A stretch of DNA of 63,055 bases, filler included, from Kipferlia bialata (Eukaryota): NCBI GenBank assembly GCA_003568945.1. It is 7 parts of 7 records of this genome, joined end to end, with 100 filler letters (N's around TTAATTAATTAA, not from the genome) between each part and the next. Parts side by side here need not be neighbours in the genome. Positions count along the whole stretch, not along the records: positions 20,518 to 30,675 come from BDIP01001487.1; positions 30,776 to 40,927 come from BDIP01001488.1; 5 more parts are not named here. The stretch is one strand, 5' to 3'. The notes under the pieces were generated by a model, which ran no database searches, was not told the DNA's origin, and saw only the letters and a list, made by a program, of their open reading frames with translations. Shown here piece by piece: positions 23,801 through 36,800 of this stretch; position 1 is the stretch's first letter, and every line of letters starts with the position of its first letter. A program made the position numbers and the translations under genes.

Positions 23801-26800
23801 GGCATAGTCCTAACACTACTACACACCCTGCAGTGAATGGTGCTACAATTCGTAGTGTCCACCCTAGCATGGGTACCTCTGCATCTAGTGGTATGCAACC
23901 TACAGTGGAGTTGGTAGGGTGTGAGACCCCTATGGTTGGACTAGGGTGCAAGGGTAGACTGGACGTAGTACTCAAGGACAAGGAGAGGGAGAGAGAGAGT
24001 ACCAGGGTGGTGGAGATCAAGACCACTCTTAAGGACCCGGTGTCAATGGGATATAGGGCGCAGGTATGGGTATCATGTAGATTCATATATTCATGATGTA
24101 TTGTACATCGTGTATTGTTGTTGTGACCACTCTGAAGGACCCAGTGTCAATTGGTTATAGGGCGCAGGTACGTACTTATATCATGTATGTTTCTCTGAGT
24201 ATTAGGTATTGCCTTCCATTGACCGCAGGCTCTCCTGTATATGAGCATGATCAGGTCTCGCAGAGCGTCGTCGCTAGGATCGAGGTATGAGATAATGATA
24301 CATAAACAGAATACCCAATAGTCCTATGAATATGCGTCCAAGCATCTATGAGTCTAAGTGTAGGCAGAGAAGTGCCCCCTACACAACCGATACTCAGTCT
24401 GACAATGACGACGTTGTTAGTGAACTAGCCGGAGTGAGATTCGTAGACATGAGGAAGGTAATCACGATTTCTACAACATCTTATATATCTTTTGTTACTC
24501 AGAGCTATGTTTGTGATGTGAAGAAGAGGGACTGCCGTCTCCATACACCCCAAGTATATGTAGATGTATTTGTATATAGATTCACCTAAGATATTAGTTA
24601 TATGTTACTCTCAATACCGATAGAGACAGTGTCGAAAGTCTAATTCGTAGAACAATGACTCTGGTCCACGTCCACCCCAACGCCCTACCCGGGTACCTGT
24701 CAAGAGTATGGGGGAGGAGGAGGACTTGATGGACCTACGAAACAGGTATGATGTCATTCAGTATATATGTATGTATATATAGAGATACGCATCATATTGT
24801 GTTTCTGTCAAGAGCATGGGGGAAGAGGAAGATCTTATGGATCTCAGGAATAGGCGAGTCATACTTGCACACCTAAGTCTCCTATGATACACATGGCATA
24901 CATCTTCTGGCACTCACATCCTCTTGCAATGTATAGAGAATTGTTTTCTATTGTATCGTGTCCAATACCCAGGTACATCCTGTGCCACTCCACCCTGCTT
25001 ATACTCCATATGGAAGCTTCATATGTATTATCAGTTCTAAATATCTCACCTTAGGTACATCCTGTGCCACACCACCCTGCATAAAGGGTCCAAGAGAGTC
25101 ACAGAGGTTGTAGATCTAACAGAGCCAACCATTGACACACCTATACCTGAACCAAGAGCTGAGCCAGCTCCCCCTACTGATATTGAGTCCCTTTGTAGTG
25201 TTATCCACTGTCCAAAGAGACAGGGCCAGTACTGTGGGTGCTGTCCATTGCACTCGAACGCGCCTAACGGAGAGGGAGAGGGAATGTGCAGTAACAATCT
25301 AGGTACGTGCAGTATTTTGGGGTGTCTTTGTTTCGATTTGTCTGGGTAATATTGGCACATTGGTATTATATTGTATTCCGTATATTGATCATATGCCCTC
25401 ACGCCTAGTATCCAAGTGGCTAGATATGATCAATTCAGAGGACGCTGCCATCAGCAAGGGCAGGGACAGCGTCATATTCTTCCACTCAAGGTATTGTTTG
25501 TGTATATATACCACACTATATGTCATGTATCAGATGTTGTTGTGAAATTGTGATTGTTTGGAGTAGTCTCTAACACCCTAGAAGGGGCACTGTATACACC
25601 CTCGACCCCGCCTCCAACACTGACTGGACATCTCCAGTTGTCCAGAGTGTGACTGGGGTGACAAGTATAGACGAGGACGACACCATCGAGTTGACATTCC
25701 GCTGCGAGTCACTCCCTTCTGTCGTCTACAGTGACTATGTATCCATCTCTCTCCTTGACAGAGAGACTCTCTCTCCTGCCTTACCCTCTCTGTGCACCGG
25801 GAGAGTGACAGCAGTGGACAGTCACTCTGTTACAGTATCTGTCTCCCTCTCTCTCTGGAGGGGGTCACTCAACCTGTCCAGAGTGTCAGCAGAGGACGTT
25901 AGAAGAGGGTGCTTCGCTATTTCAAATGTGAGTTATTCCCCCTCTATCCCCCTTCCCCTCTTACGTTGGTGAGACCTTCCCCCCATATTATATATTTGAA
26001 TACCCAGCGTCTCTCTCTCTCTCTCTCTTTATCCTGCCACTCAGTATTAGCACGCAGACGGTGCTCGTTCCTTAGTTACTCTTAGATCCACCTCAATATT
26101 TATGCTAGCCTCTCTCTTCTAACTGTTAGCACGCAGACGGTACTCGTTCCTTGGTCACTCTTAGATCCACCCTGATGTCTGACACTGTCCTTGTGCCCAG
26201 AGCCCTGTGTGTGTTAGGAACAGTTAGTAGAAGTAATAGGTATATATATACAACAATATATATGTATATGTATACAGGTATATGTCTGCCGGGGCAATAG
26301 GTCAACATATATTCATATATATATATACATATATGAGTACTTACTATATATAGTATATGTATGTGTGTATGTTGGGAACAGTCATCCGGAGCAAGAGCTA
26401 CCACACTATATATACAACATACGTACAATTGTACTATTATATGACTGTGTTAGGAAGAGTGAACAGTCTAGTTAGTATATCTGCATTGTTGTACTTACAC
26501 AGTGATGGATACCCTCCCATCCACCATGTCTCCCCCGATTCCATATATATAGTATCATGTGCACATTTCGAAGTATGTATGTATATTCACAAGTGCTGTC
26601 CCTCTCTCAACTGACCTCAGCGGTGGATACCCTCCCATCCCCCCTGTCTCCCCCCTTGCCACCTATGAGAGAGACTACCCAAGACTGGCCAAGTGCATAC
26701 CATTCAATGAGGGGCAGGCGGAGTCACTTATGGCACTGAGAGATACCCCACTGGTACTGACTCAGGTATATACGTTGTCCTCTATATATATACCTGTACT

Positions 26801-27167
26801 ATGACAGATTACATGGAACGATATGCCCCAAGGGCTATTGCCACAGAATACCTAGTAATCGTTAGTATAATGTTCTGGTGTTCTTGTGTTCTCTCATGTA
26901 TGTCTGTTTGACCTTCAGGGTATGCCAGGCTGTGGAAAGACTTCCTTAGCTGCAGCTGCGGCTATCGTCAAGTAAGTCACTCTTAATATTTCCCACAATG
27001 TCTTAGATGTCCTCTTCTCGTTTGGGTATGCAGTTACTGGCCCTGTTTTCAGTTCTCTATATTCTTTTGTTCAGCTTCTTATCCTAGACTACGTGACCCG
27101 ACGTCTGGTGTCCTTCTGATAGGGGCCACCAATGCAGCTGTGGACAACATACTACTAAGGTACATAT

Positions 27168-27198
<31 letters not shown>

Positions 27199-28738
27199 GT
27201 ATATACGTGTATTCACAATATACATTTATGCTCCTGATCGGTGCCACCAATGCAGCTGTGGACAACATACTGCTAAGGTACATATTCATATGTCCATATA
27301 CTGTATGTCCCAATATCTAGGATTGCAGAACAGAGCGTACAGTATGAAATGAGACTTGTATCTTCTACTGTCTATTATGGGTATGCACTGACTGAGTAGG
27401 ATGCTGGATGCCGTCCCGCTTGGCCCCCAGAGAGACAGGTTCACAAAGGGCACAATTAGAGTCGGGTCAAAGCACTGGTATGGATATAAGAAGCATATAT
27501 ATATATGTGTGTGTGTGTGTGTGTATGTGTGTGTGTATAAGTGAACGGAATGACACACTCGTAGTGGAAGTGACACATTGGTACAACACTTGTTTGGCGT
27601 ATGCATTATTCAATGATTGCCATACATTAGCGCCACAAACCTTATGGGCGCTCACTCTTAGTGTGAATCCCCTGCTCCACTCCGTTCTTCTAGAGAATAG
27701 GATACCAGAGCAGACATCCACCGACACTGAGGTGAGTATGTGTGAGTTTGTATAGATGCCCAAGACGTATATATTATCTACCATAGACTGCCCATGAGAC
27801 TTCAGTCTCTTCCGGACGTCCATTATAGGTTGGTTGTTCACAATATGTGATATATTTCAATCATATAGTCTTACTCTAGACTATCCTCCTGCAGGGTATC
27901 CTATCTAGCTGAAGGGCCATGGCAAGTACCAGATATATACATATGTGTATATGAATATATTTATACAAATATCAGACTATCCTCCGTCAGGGTATCCTCT
28001 CCAGGTGGAGGACTATGGCCACCTCCAGAGTGATGGCTGTGACATATATACATACATACATAAACCATGTTAATACTAACTCTAGACAATACTGCGCCAG
28101 GGTATTCTCTCCCGTTGGCGTACCATGGCCACTACTAGAGTGATGGCCGTCACTGCTCACTCATGCCACTCCAACGACGCAGTCAGGTTCTGGGCAAAGA
28201 GGTTTTCTAGCAGGTATTACACTATTAGTATTCAGACTATGGAGAAATACCCTGTGTTTGTATATGATGTTTGTATATGAAAGAGGTGGATGCAGTCAAA
28301 ATCTGGGCAAAGAGGTATTCTAGCAGGTTTGTATTATACCCCTAGCATATACACTACATTGTAGGAGTAACCTATTTATAACTATATATAGTCGGATTCT
28401 GGGCAATTGGGTATTCTAGTGGGTGCGATGTGTAAGATAGACGGAAGAATTACCCCATCTCTCTGAATACAAACTTAGATGCACTTCTCACATATAAGTG
28501 TACTATATATTATTGCACACTCACGTCAGACCTGTGCTTGTCATAATCGATGAGGCTGCCCAGCTCTCTGCCCCCTGGGGTGCACTGCCATTGGCATGGG
28601 CCACATCGGCACTGGTACTAGGTATATATATGTATGTTGTATATGTAGTATGTAATATATATATATTCATATGTATTAGTGTACGATTATTGTATGCACT
28701 TCCCCTGGCATGGGCCACATCGGCACTGGTGCTAGGTA

Positions 28739-28792
<54 letters not shown>

Positions 28793-30466
28793 TGTAGGAT
28801 AGAGTGTATTATTTCTCTGTATTGGCATCACATATTGTAAGCTTATATTCTTTCTCTCACCACTCCAGGTGACCCCAAGCAGATGTCACCCCTGTCCATG
28901 TGTGAGAGGTGAGTGGTTCATATATATGTTTACTATAAAGACCGTATTTACCATTGGTTTGAGTAAGTTACAGTATCTCATTCTTATTCCAGCTCAAATG
29001 ACGGAATGGGCGCCTCTCTCTATGCCTCCCTCGATGCCATTCAGTCCCACTCCATAGCACGCACTGTCCTATCCACACAGTACAGAATGAGCCAGGTATA
29101 CCAATATATATTTCTATATACATGTATACATGTAGTATATGTGTATAATCTTCTACTGTACATAATTAGCATTTCTATAGCACGCACAGTGCTGTCCACA
29201 CAGTACAGAATGAGTCAGTTAACGCCAACACTACACCTGTAGCGCCTTCCATTATGTCCAGATTCATCCTTGTATTTTGAATCCAATATGTTCTGTAATA
29301 TTTCATTATATCCCATATGTGACATTATATCCACGGAGGCCTGTTTGCTATTTAATGTATATGTCTAGTGTGTGTTACGGGATAATTCCCACCTCAGCCC
29401 CTCCTGTCCCTGTGGAATGACACATTCAGAGAGGTGTACGGCAAGGGGATGGTGTCAGGTATGGGTGTATGATTCAGTGGTACTCTGATACTCAAATATA
29501 TATGTTGGTATTAAACGTGGTATTTACCCCCAGGCCTCTCCTCTGAGCCTGACATGTCAATTAGAGTGTGAATATATTGATCCATACATGTATCTGTACA
29601 TCATGATGTTTAACCCAGGCCTCTCCTCTGAGCCTGACCTGTCCCCCAGGAACAGCCAGGTCCCATACCCACCAGACATGCCTAGGCTGAGGTATATATG
29701 CCAGATGCAACTGTGTTTGAATCACTACATCTATACCAATACATTGTATAACTACATATGTTTGTAACACATTCACTCTTAACCCCAGTCCCGGTCTGGC
29801 CGGCTGTCTAGCCTCTCCCCTCCCCTCCCTAGTAAGGGTGAGTGATGACCCAGTGGCAGTGGCGGTGGGCCTGGCAGTGCAGTGTATATGCAGGTACATA
29901 TAATCATACATGTGAAAATGAATATATATATGAATATATAGGTGTGTGTATGTGTGTGTGTAGCATGACCCAGTGACAGTGGCTGTGGGTCTGGCAGTAC
30001 AATGCATATGTAGTATCATATGTCACATATATGGATATACATGTATATACTGCAGTATTAGTCTATATACACTCACCCCCAGCTACAAGGTGACCCCCGA
30101 CCAAGTGAGTGTCATGTGTGGGTTCAGAAGGGACGCAGCCAGTGTCAGTGCGGCACTAGAGTCTATGGCCGTAAGAGGAGTTGAGGTGAATTGTTATATT
30201 ACTACAGTATGTCTGTGGGTGAACATATATATATATATATATATATTAGATGCAGCCAGTGTCAATGCAGCACTGGAAGGGATAGGAGTGAGAGGAGTGA
30301 AGGTATGACGACACAGTATATTGGATTGTATTTTTCTATATTACTATTGTGTAGTGTACACTATATCTTTCTTTAACCCCTAGGTCTCCACCATCGATGC
30401 CTTCCAAGGACGGTCCAAGAGGGTGGCCATACTGCTAGTTAGGGCTAGTCCAGCTGGGAGATACAG
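20606..30466 (+). CDS. DNA2: DNA2-like nuclease/SF1 helicase, multi-exon, partial at both contig ends
   Basis: Nuclease region: LNPHALVNVSTLSGCVYCP, GTILH, GCKGRLDVVL...VVEIKT...YRAQALLY (RecB-type PD-(D/E)xK), then a Cys cluster. Helicase region: QGMPGCGKT, GATNAAVDNILL, VIIDEAAQ, VLGDPKQMSP, LSTQYRM, VSTIDAFQG. The domain order matches Dna2. Confidence 0.85.
21300..21850 (+). repeat. exon-echo array: four acceptor-side copies of the DNA2 exon starting at 21801
   Basis: AG|ATGTC...GGTGCCACCC..C.AGACTGCCCCGA.ATGCTG variants at ~21305, 21417, 21552 and 21682. Confidence 0.88.
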
Positions 30467-30861
30467 GTATTACGTATACAAAATCATGCTATGATCAGTA
30501 TTATCAATACTGATTTGAACTAACTAGCGCGGCGTGACCCTCCGGGTCACCAGTGTGGCATACACTAATACATATTCCCCTGGACAGTACCTATACATTG
30601 ATTTATAGGAATACCGTCGGCATCTTATCAAGTGTTATGTGTGGTAGAATGCCAATACCGTCCATGGACAGTCTCNNNNNNNNNNNNNNNNNNNNNNNNN
30701 NNNNNNNNNNNNNNNNNNNTTAATTAATTAANNNNNNNNNNNNNNNNNNNNNNNNNNNNNNNNNNNNNNNNNNNNGAGATTTTTTACTTCCCCTTATACC
30801 CCCCCCCCCCCCCCTTCCTCCTCGGCCGTAGAACTCTTTCATGATATTCCCTATTGTGTCA

Positions 30862-33800
30862 GTGATCGATGCTCTACCCTTTCTCAGCCACATCCTCTCT
30901 CTCACCGCAAGGGGACCGCCGGTCTTCTGCCACCAGCCGTGTGTATCTGTTTGTGTCCAACTCCTATGCCTTCATCATCAGTGCAGGGGCCACCAGGTAG
31001 GCTAGGAGAGGGGGGGGGGTACAGGACTGTTCTGTGTTGTCACACAGTGATACATGCGATGTGGGTATGTGACTCACCCCAGGGACAGGGTCCAGCTGAT
31101 ATCCATCGACAGACACAGTGGGGCCCTGGTGCACAGGGGGGAGCCAGGTGGGGGCAGATTGTATGTCGTGCATTATTGGATGTCTGGGGGGCATGACTGG
31201 GTATATATATATGTATATTTCATATATACCCAGTATTCCTGCGAGTGTCTGGTTAGTACTGTGGGGGCTGATATCCCATTGTCCTATTACTACTCACTTC
31301 CTCCACACATCCAGCCGCATCTTAGACAATAATTGTGATCAGTGAATAGCGTTTGGCGTATGGCCCCACTTCCCCCTCCCTTTGTATATAGACACCTAGA
31401 ACTGAGACTTATACTGATACCTCTCAAGTACTCATCTCAGGTGTTGACCTGTTTGTGGATGTTGACGAGTGCTTCCTCTACCTGGTGGACAGACACCCCC
31501 AGATACAGAGGTGGGCAGGGCCGGTATATACATGCTGATGTGTGTCTGAGTGACGTTACTGTTCCATGAAGTGATATTTACTCTCACACATATATGTATT
31601 CTGTAAGAATTGGGTAAGAGTCGCAACCTACTGAGCCTTCCACTCTCTTCTGATGTATTCTTTCTGTCTTGCTTTGTCTTACCCCAGCAAGGGATACTGG
31701 GAGGGCGTGTGTCTGGCTGGCTACATCCCCTTTGCCTCCAAGGCAGTGCTTCTATTGGTCAAGGGGGCCCACGTCGTGGGGGTCTTAGGTATCACTCCAT
31801 AGTACTCTGTTGGTTACAAGTATAGGTTCAATGTATGGATTGTGAGACTATTCTTCTCTGATACGTCCAATGTATGTGTAGAATAGTCTGTAGAAATTGG
31901 ATCCTGTCTCTAATAGACTGTATCTATATGCCCAAGTATATATTGTAGGAAGCATTACAGATATACATGTATACATCGGTCAGGATACCCCTCTACCCCT
32001 CCAATCTCAGGTGGACAACACGAGGTCATGCAGTGTGAGCACATCGACACAGTGGTCATTCCCCTCCTCACCCCCTTCCACACCCTGGCAGCACCTGGAC
32101 CTGTACATGAGGTGGAGGTGAGGGCATCCCATGTGCAGTGGGATAACGGGAGGGGATCCCTATTGGCGTTATATGTAGCAATTCGTATCCTTCCACGGCC
32201 ACTGTCATAAACCTTTCATATGTATACATATCCTTTCTGGTTATCTTTCACCAAGTATTCTCAACTTCAGCAATCCAGTGAAAAGGAGAGGGAGAGGGAG
32301 GTGTTTAACGAAGAGAGTCAGGTGAGTCCATTTCATAATGATCGTGTGGGAACAGGTTTTAGTTGTCTCTGATCTCTTGCCAGTTCTATTAGTTGTGGTT
32401 GTGGCTATGTTATTGTCTCTTCCAGTCAGTCATCATATAACCATCTATGGATCCACCTCCCTTACCCTGCAGTTTGGGGCCCAACCGCGGCAGACGGAGA
32501 GAGAGAGAGATAGGGCGGATACAGCCAGAGACAGGGTCCCCTCAGAGAGAGAGCACCACACGACAGGAGACGAGCAGAGGGAGAGAGAGAAGGAGAGGGA
32601 GGCTCAGGTAAGGGTGTGGCTCAGTTGTATATCGGCGTTCCTTGGCTCTCATCCGCAGGACCAGTACCTGTGCCACCTCAAGATATTCCTGGAGTCCTAT
32701 GCACACTCCCTCTACTTCTGTGAGACGCTGGATCTGACGCGGCAGTTCCCATCAATGAGGTGAGTGATTTGTATGCAATATATTCAGAGATGACCGTAGT
32801 GATATATGTGTGAATGTTTGTATCGACACTCTCCTCAAACGGACATGGATATCTATATCGTGGATATCGCCGAGGGTTTATCATCTCATACTGTTCTTTC
32901 CACATATTAGTCCCCACCTCCCTTCTCACCCAGTGCTGTCGACAACCCAGCAGCAGCCTTCTGCTGGAACCACTCCCTTACAGTGGCCCTCAGACGCTGT
33001 GGGCTGCCTCACCTGGCCCCCCCTCTGCTACTAGGGTATATGTATATGTATATTTGTGGATTGTGTTCCATAGGTTATGATACTCTCTTCGTGCTGTGGC
33101 GGCAATGCATTCTGTTCATATCAATATTATTATGCCTGTAATTGTTTGTGTGTACGCTACAGTGTTTCATTCTGGACGTGTCTTTGAAATGATATGTTTA
33201 TGCACATTGGCCCTGACTTCTGATTCTAATGTCTACTCCGCCATTAGTGTGTCTGACCACAGGTCTGTGTCTGTGTCTGTTGCACAGTGTCCAGGCTCGG
33301 AGAGAGACAGGGAGAGAGAGAGACTGGAAGTGGAGGGAGGGAATGATTCAGGTGCGAGACGTGTATGTATACTGTTGCTTCTCCCTCTCTCCTTCTCTTC
33401 CTCTCCCCCCAGCCCCTTCTGTGGTGTGGATGTTCTCTCGCCTGGCCGTGACCCACCCGTACCTGTCAGACAGGGAGGGCATCGACCCAGTCAGCGGGGG
33501 GTGCACCATGGAGACAGAGATAGGTAGGCAGATAGGGGGGGGGGGTATACACTGAGGGTAGTGTCGAGTCCTCGGATAGTTCCCCTGGCTTCTGAAGGAT
33601 TGACATTTTGATATATAGCTGATGGATGGATTGACTGATCCCAGAGGTTGTGATGGAGCAGCGGCTCTCTGTGCCCCTCACTCCACCGTCTGTTGAGAGC
33701 GAGCGAGAGACATGCCCTGAGGACGAGATAGAGACTAGGGGAGACGGAGATGGTCCTCTCGAGTGTTCCAACCTCAGAGAAGGTACTCTCTCTCCCTAAT

Positions 33801-36800
33801 TTTGTATACAATGGAGCATTGGTTATTTGTGTATAGTATACACATATGTATATATGTATATATATATATATATGAGTATGTTTAGGTACTCGTTGTGTAT
33901 AGCCTCACCCCAGTGGACGAGGCATGTACTCCCAGCAGACCCACAGTCTCCACACCCAGAGGAGACAGAGACAGTGGGGAGGGGGCTGACATCGACGCTG
34001 CCTTCTCGTCTCCCTCTCCCTGCAGCGAGAGTGACAGAGACACCGTGGTGGCCACCCCCATAGCACCCCTGTCCCAGAAGGCCAGGTGCGAGTGCTATAT
34101 ATATTTAGTGGGGCATACACAGTGCGAGAATGACTGTAGGATATTTCTTGTGTCTCTACATGATATTCACCAACACCAGAGAGGAGAGGGACAAGCAGCG
34201 AGAGAGAGAGAGAGACGGAGACTACCGGTTTGGTCGCAATCCTCCAACTGAAGTACGTATTGGATGTGTAGAATGTTGGATCTACCTCAGTAGTCATGTA
34301 CTCTCATGGCATGCTTTTGACTCACCTGCAGGACACCAGTATGGACCAGTACTGGTTTGCCAGTCACATAGTGAGGACTGGGGGAAATCCAGTGGTGAGT
34401 GATTGTGCAGTACCCACTCTGAGTGACCGTGTGCTGTTATCCACATACCACCCTTGACCTCACTTCAGGTGCACTCCTCTCCGTCTCAGACAGAGGCCGA
34501 TGACGCCTTATACAGGTATGTTCCTTTGTGCTCTTCAGTGTTCTCTCCATTCTGTTTTGGACTCTCCCTCTCCCTCCCCCCCCCTCCCCACCCCCAGGTA
34601 CTGGTCGTCATACTCAGATCGTTATACAAAGGGGGTATACACCCCACGGCCTGGGACCAGTCCCCTGTCTCCCTGTGTCTGTGCTCCGTCAGTACACTGC
34701 ATCAACCTGTTGAGTCACAGGTACGTAGATGTGCAGTAAGGCAGTCTCATATCTTATGAGACACTCACGAATATATAGTGCTTTGTCGTTTGCGTACTCT
34801 GTGTCGTGTCAGGATGGTGTACTGACTTTCCAGGGGTACCTCTGTCCACTGTCAGTCCAACACACAGGTCCTGGAGACCATCGGTAGAGGTGCGGTATCA
34901 TGGAGTGTCTTTGTCCTTGTACTGTGAGTGTGTATATATAGTCTCGGATGTTCTTCTTCGCTGTCCTACCCTCCCCCCTCCCCTAACCCTCAGGTCTCCT
35001 GGACATGTCTGTGCGCCTTGGCCTGCCTGTGTCTGTGTCAGATGCCTCCATAGACACCCCAGACGTGGAGGACCATCTATCAGAGGTGGGTCCTTGGCAG
35101 CTCCTTGTGTTGTCTATTCTGATATGTGTTTCATCTGTACTTATATCAAATCATCATTGTCTGACCCAGGCCATCCAGCGTCTGTGGACCTGTCTCCAAG
35201 GGGTGGTCCAGAGTACACCAGGTACCTATACACTGCCTCACCACTTCCAGTATATATGTTGTGCGGCAGATCTAGTGTTGAGTCCTGTTTTGAAAGCCGA
35301 TGGTAAAGACACCAACATCAGATCTCTCTGTCCCGATTCCCTGTTCTGAGCCAAGTAACAGTAGAGGCGGCAACGTAGACTCCGGAGTATACACCTGCGG
35401 GGTCATGACTATATCCAGACGACACTCGCCCCTCCCGGAAGGAGAGAGAGAGAGGGATTTTGATGCATATGAAGACTCTATGGGAGGTTCTGTGTCTCTA
35501 TCTGTCAGTGGGGAAGGAGAGAGAGAGACTATAGTGACCAAAGTGCAGTTGAGTAAGAGGCAGACTAAGGTGAGATACCCAGTTCTGTTATCGCTTGAAA
35601 TTGCCATACCATTTCAGATCACAATTAGTACCACCCATGGTCTCTTTAACACCCCAGGTTATAAGGTTCCTGGCAGACGACTCTGGACACCTGGACGTGT
35701 CTCTGTTCCTTCTAGGTGATAAGTGATAACAAGTGTTCTATACCCTGTTGTGTATGTCTTGTACATGTGCTCAATGACTCTCTAACCGTAGGGACCCAGG
35801 TGCTGTCCGACATGCACGACTGTCTCAGCAGGCATGTGAGGGGAGGCACGCAGGGGGAGAGAGGAAGAGAAGGAGAGGGGGTGGCTAACACTCCCTGGAG
35901 ACTCCTGCCAAAGGTGACATCAGCCACGTTAATACTCATGTCATATCTATATTCTATGTATTGGTGAATGCCAGGGCCCGTCTTATCCCAGGTGGCCAAG
36001 CTCTCTGCGTCTCATGGCAATGACGCCGGTAACCAGTCTGGCGTGTCTATTCTGGATGGACAGCAGGAGGTATGGGTCTGTGACAAATGGCATTCTCCCC
36101 CCCCCCCTCCTTCATGTCTTGTGTTGTATCGCCCTGACCCCAGGTGTATACGGTGTGTGGCCAGGATGGGACACCGACATGCCTGTCAGACTACGACGAT
36201 GTGCTGAAGCAAGTCAGGCATGCTAGTGCTATCCACAATCGAGTCAATGCGACTGTCTAATGTAGAGCATTCCTCTTTGTCCCTCTCTGACTGCCAGGTA
36301 CAGCATGCCGTGTCCCCTCGTGCATGCTCTGGCCTCTGCCTACCAGCAGCACATGGACGCGTGTAGTGTGTTCAGGGGCGACCCTGACCCCTGGTGCAAC
36401 AGGGTCATAGAGGGGTACACACCCAGTGAGAAGGTACATGCATTCTCATCCGTTGAGATATACTCTCATATATCCCATATTTGTGTTCTGGGTCAAGGTT
36501 TACTGGAGTCTTGGGTCGTTTCCTCCTGACTCCAGCTCCCCCCCACCCGTCACAGGCAGAGACACCGCAGGATGGTGGCATCTTTCCACCACTCTCTGAA
36601 TGAGGTATGGTTGGTCTCACATCATTCCCAGTATGTGCTTTATCCCCCCCCCCCCCCTTATGGTCAGGATGTCTTTGGGGCCATGTCCGGCAGACACTTG
36701 ATAGCCAATCCCTACCTCAGTACTCTGTTCTCAGGGCCCAGTGAGAGAGGAAGAGTGGGGCGAGTAAGAGGCGCGGACAAGAAGAGGGAGAGAAAGGCCT

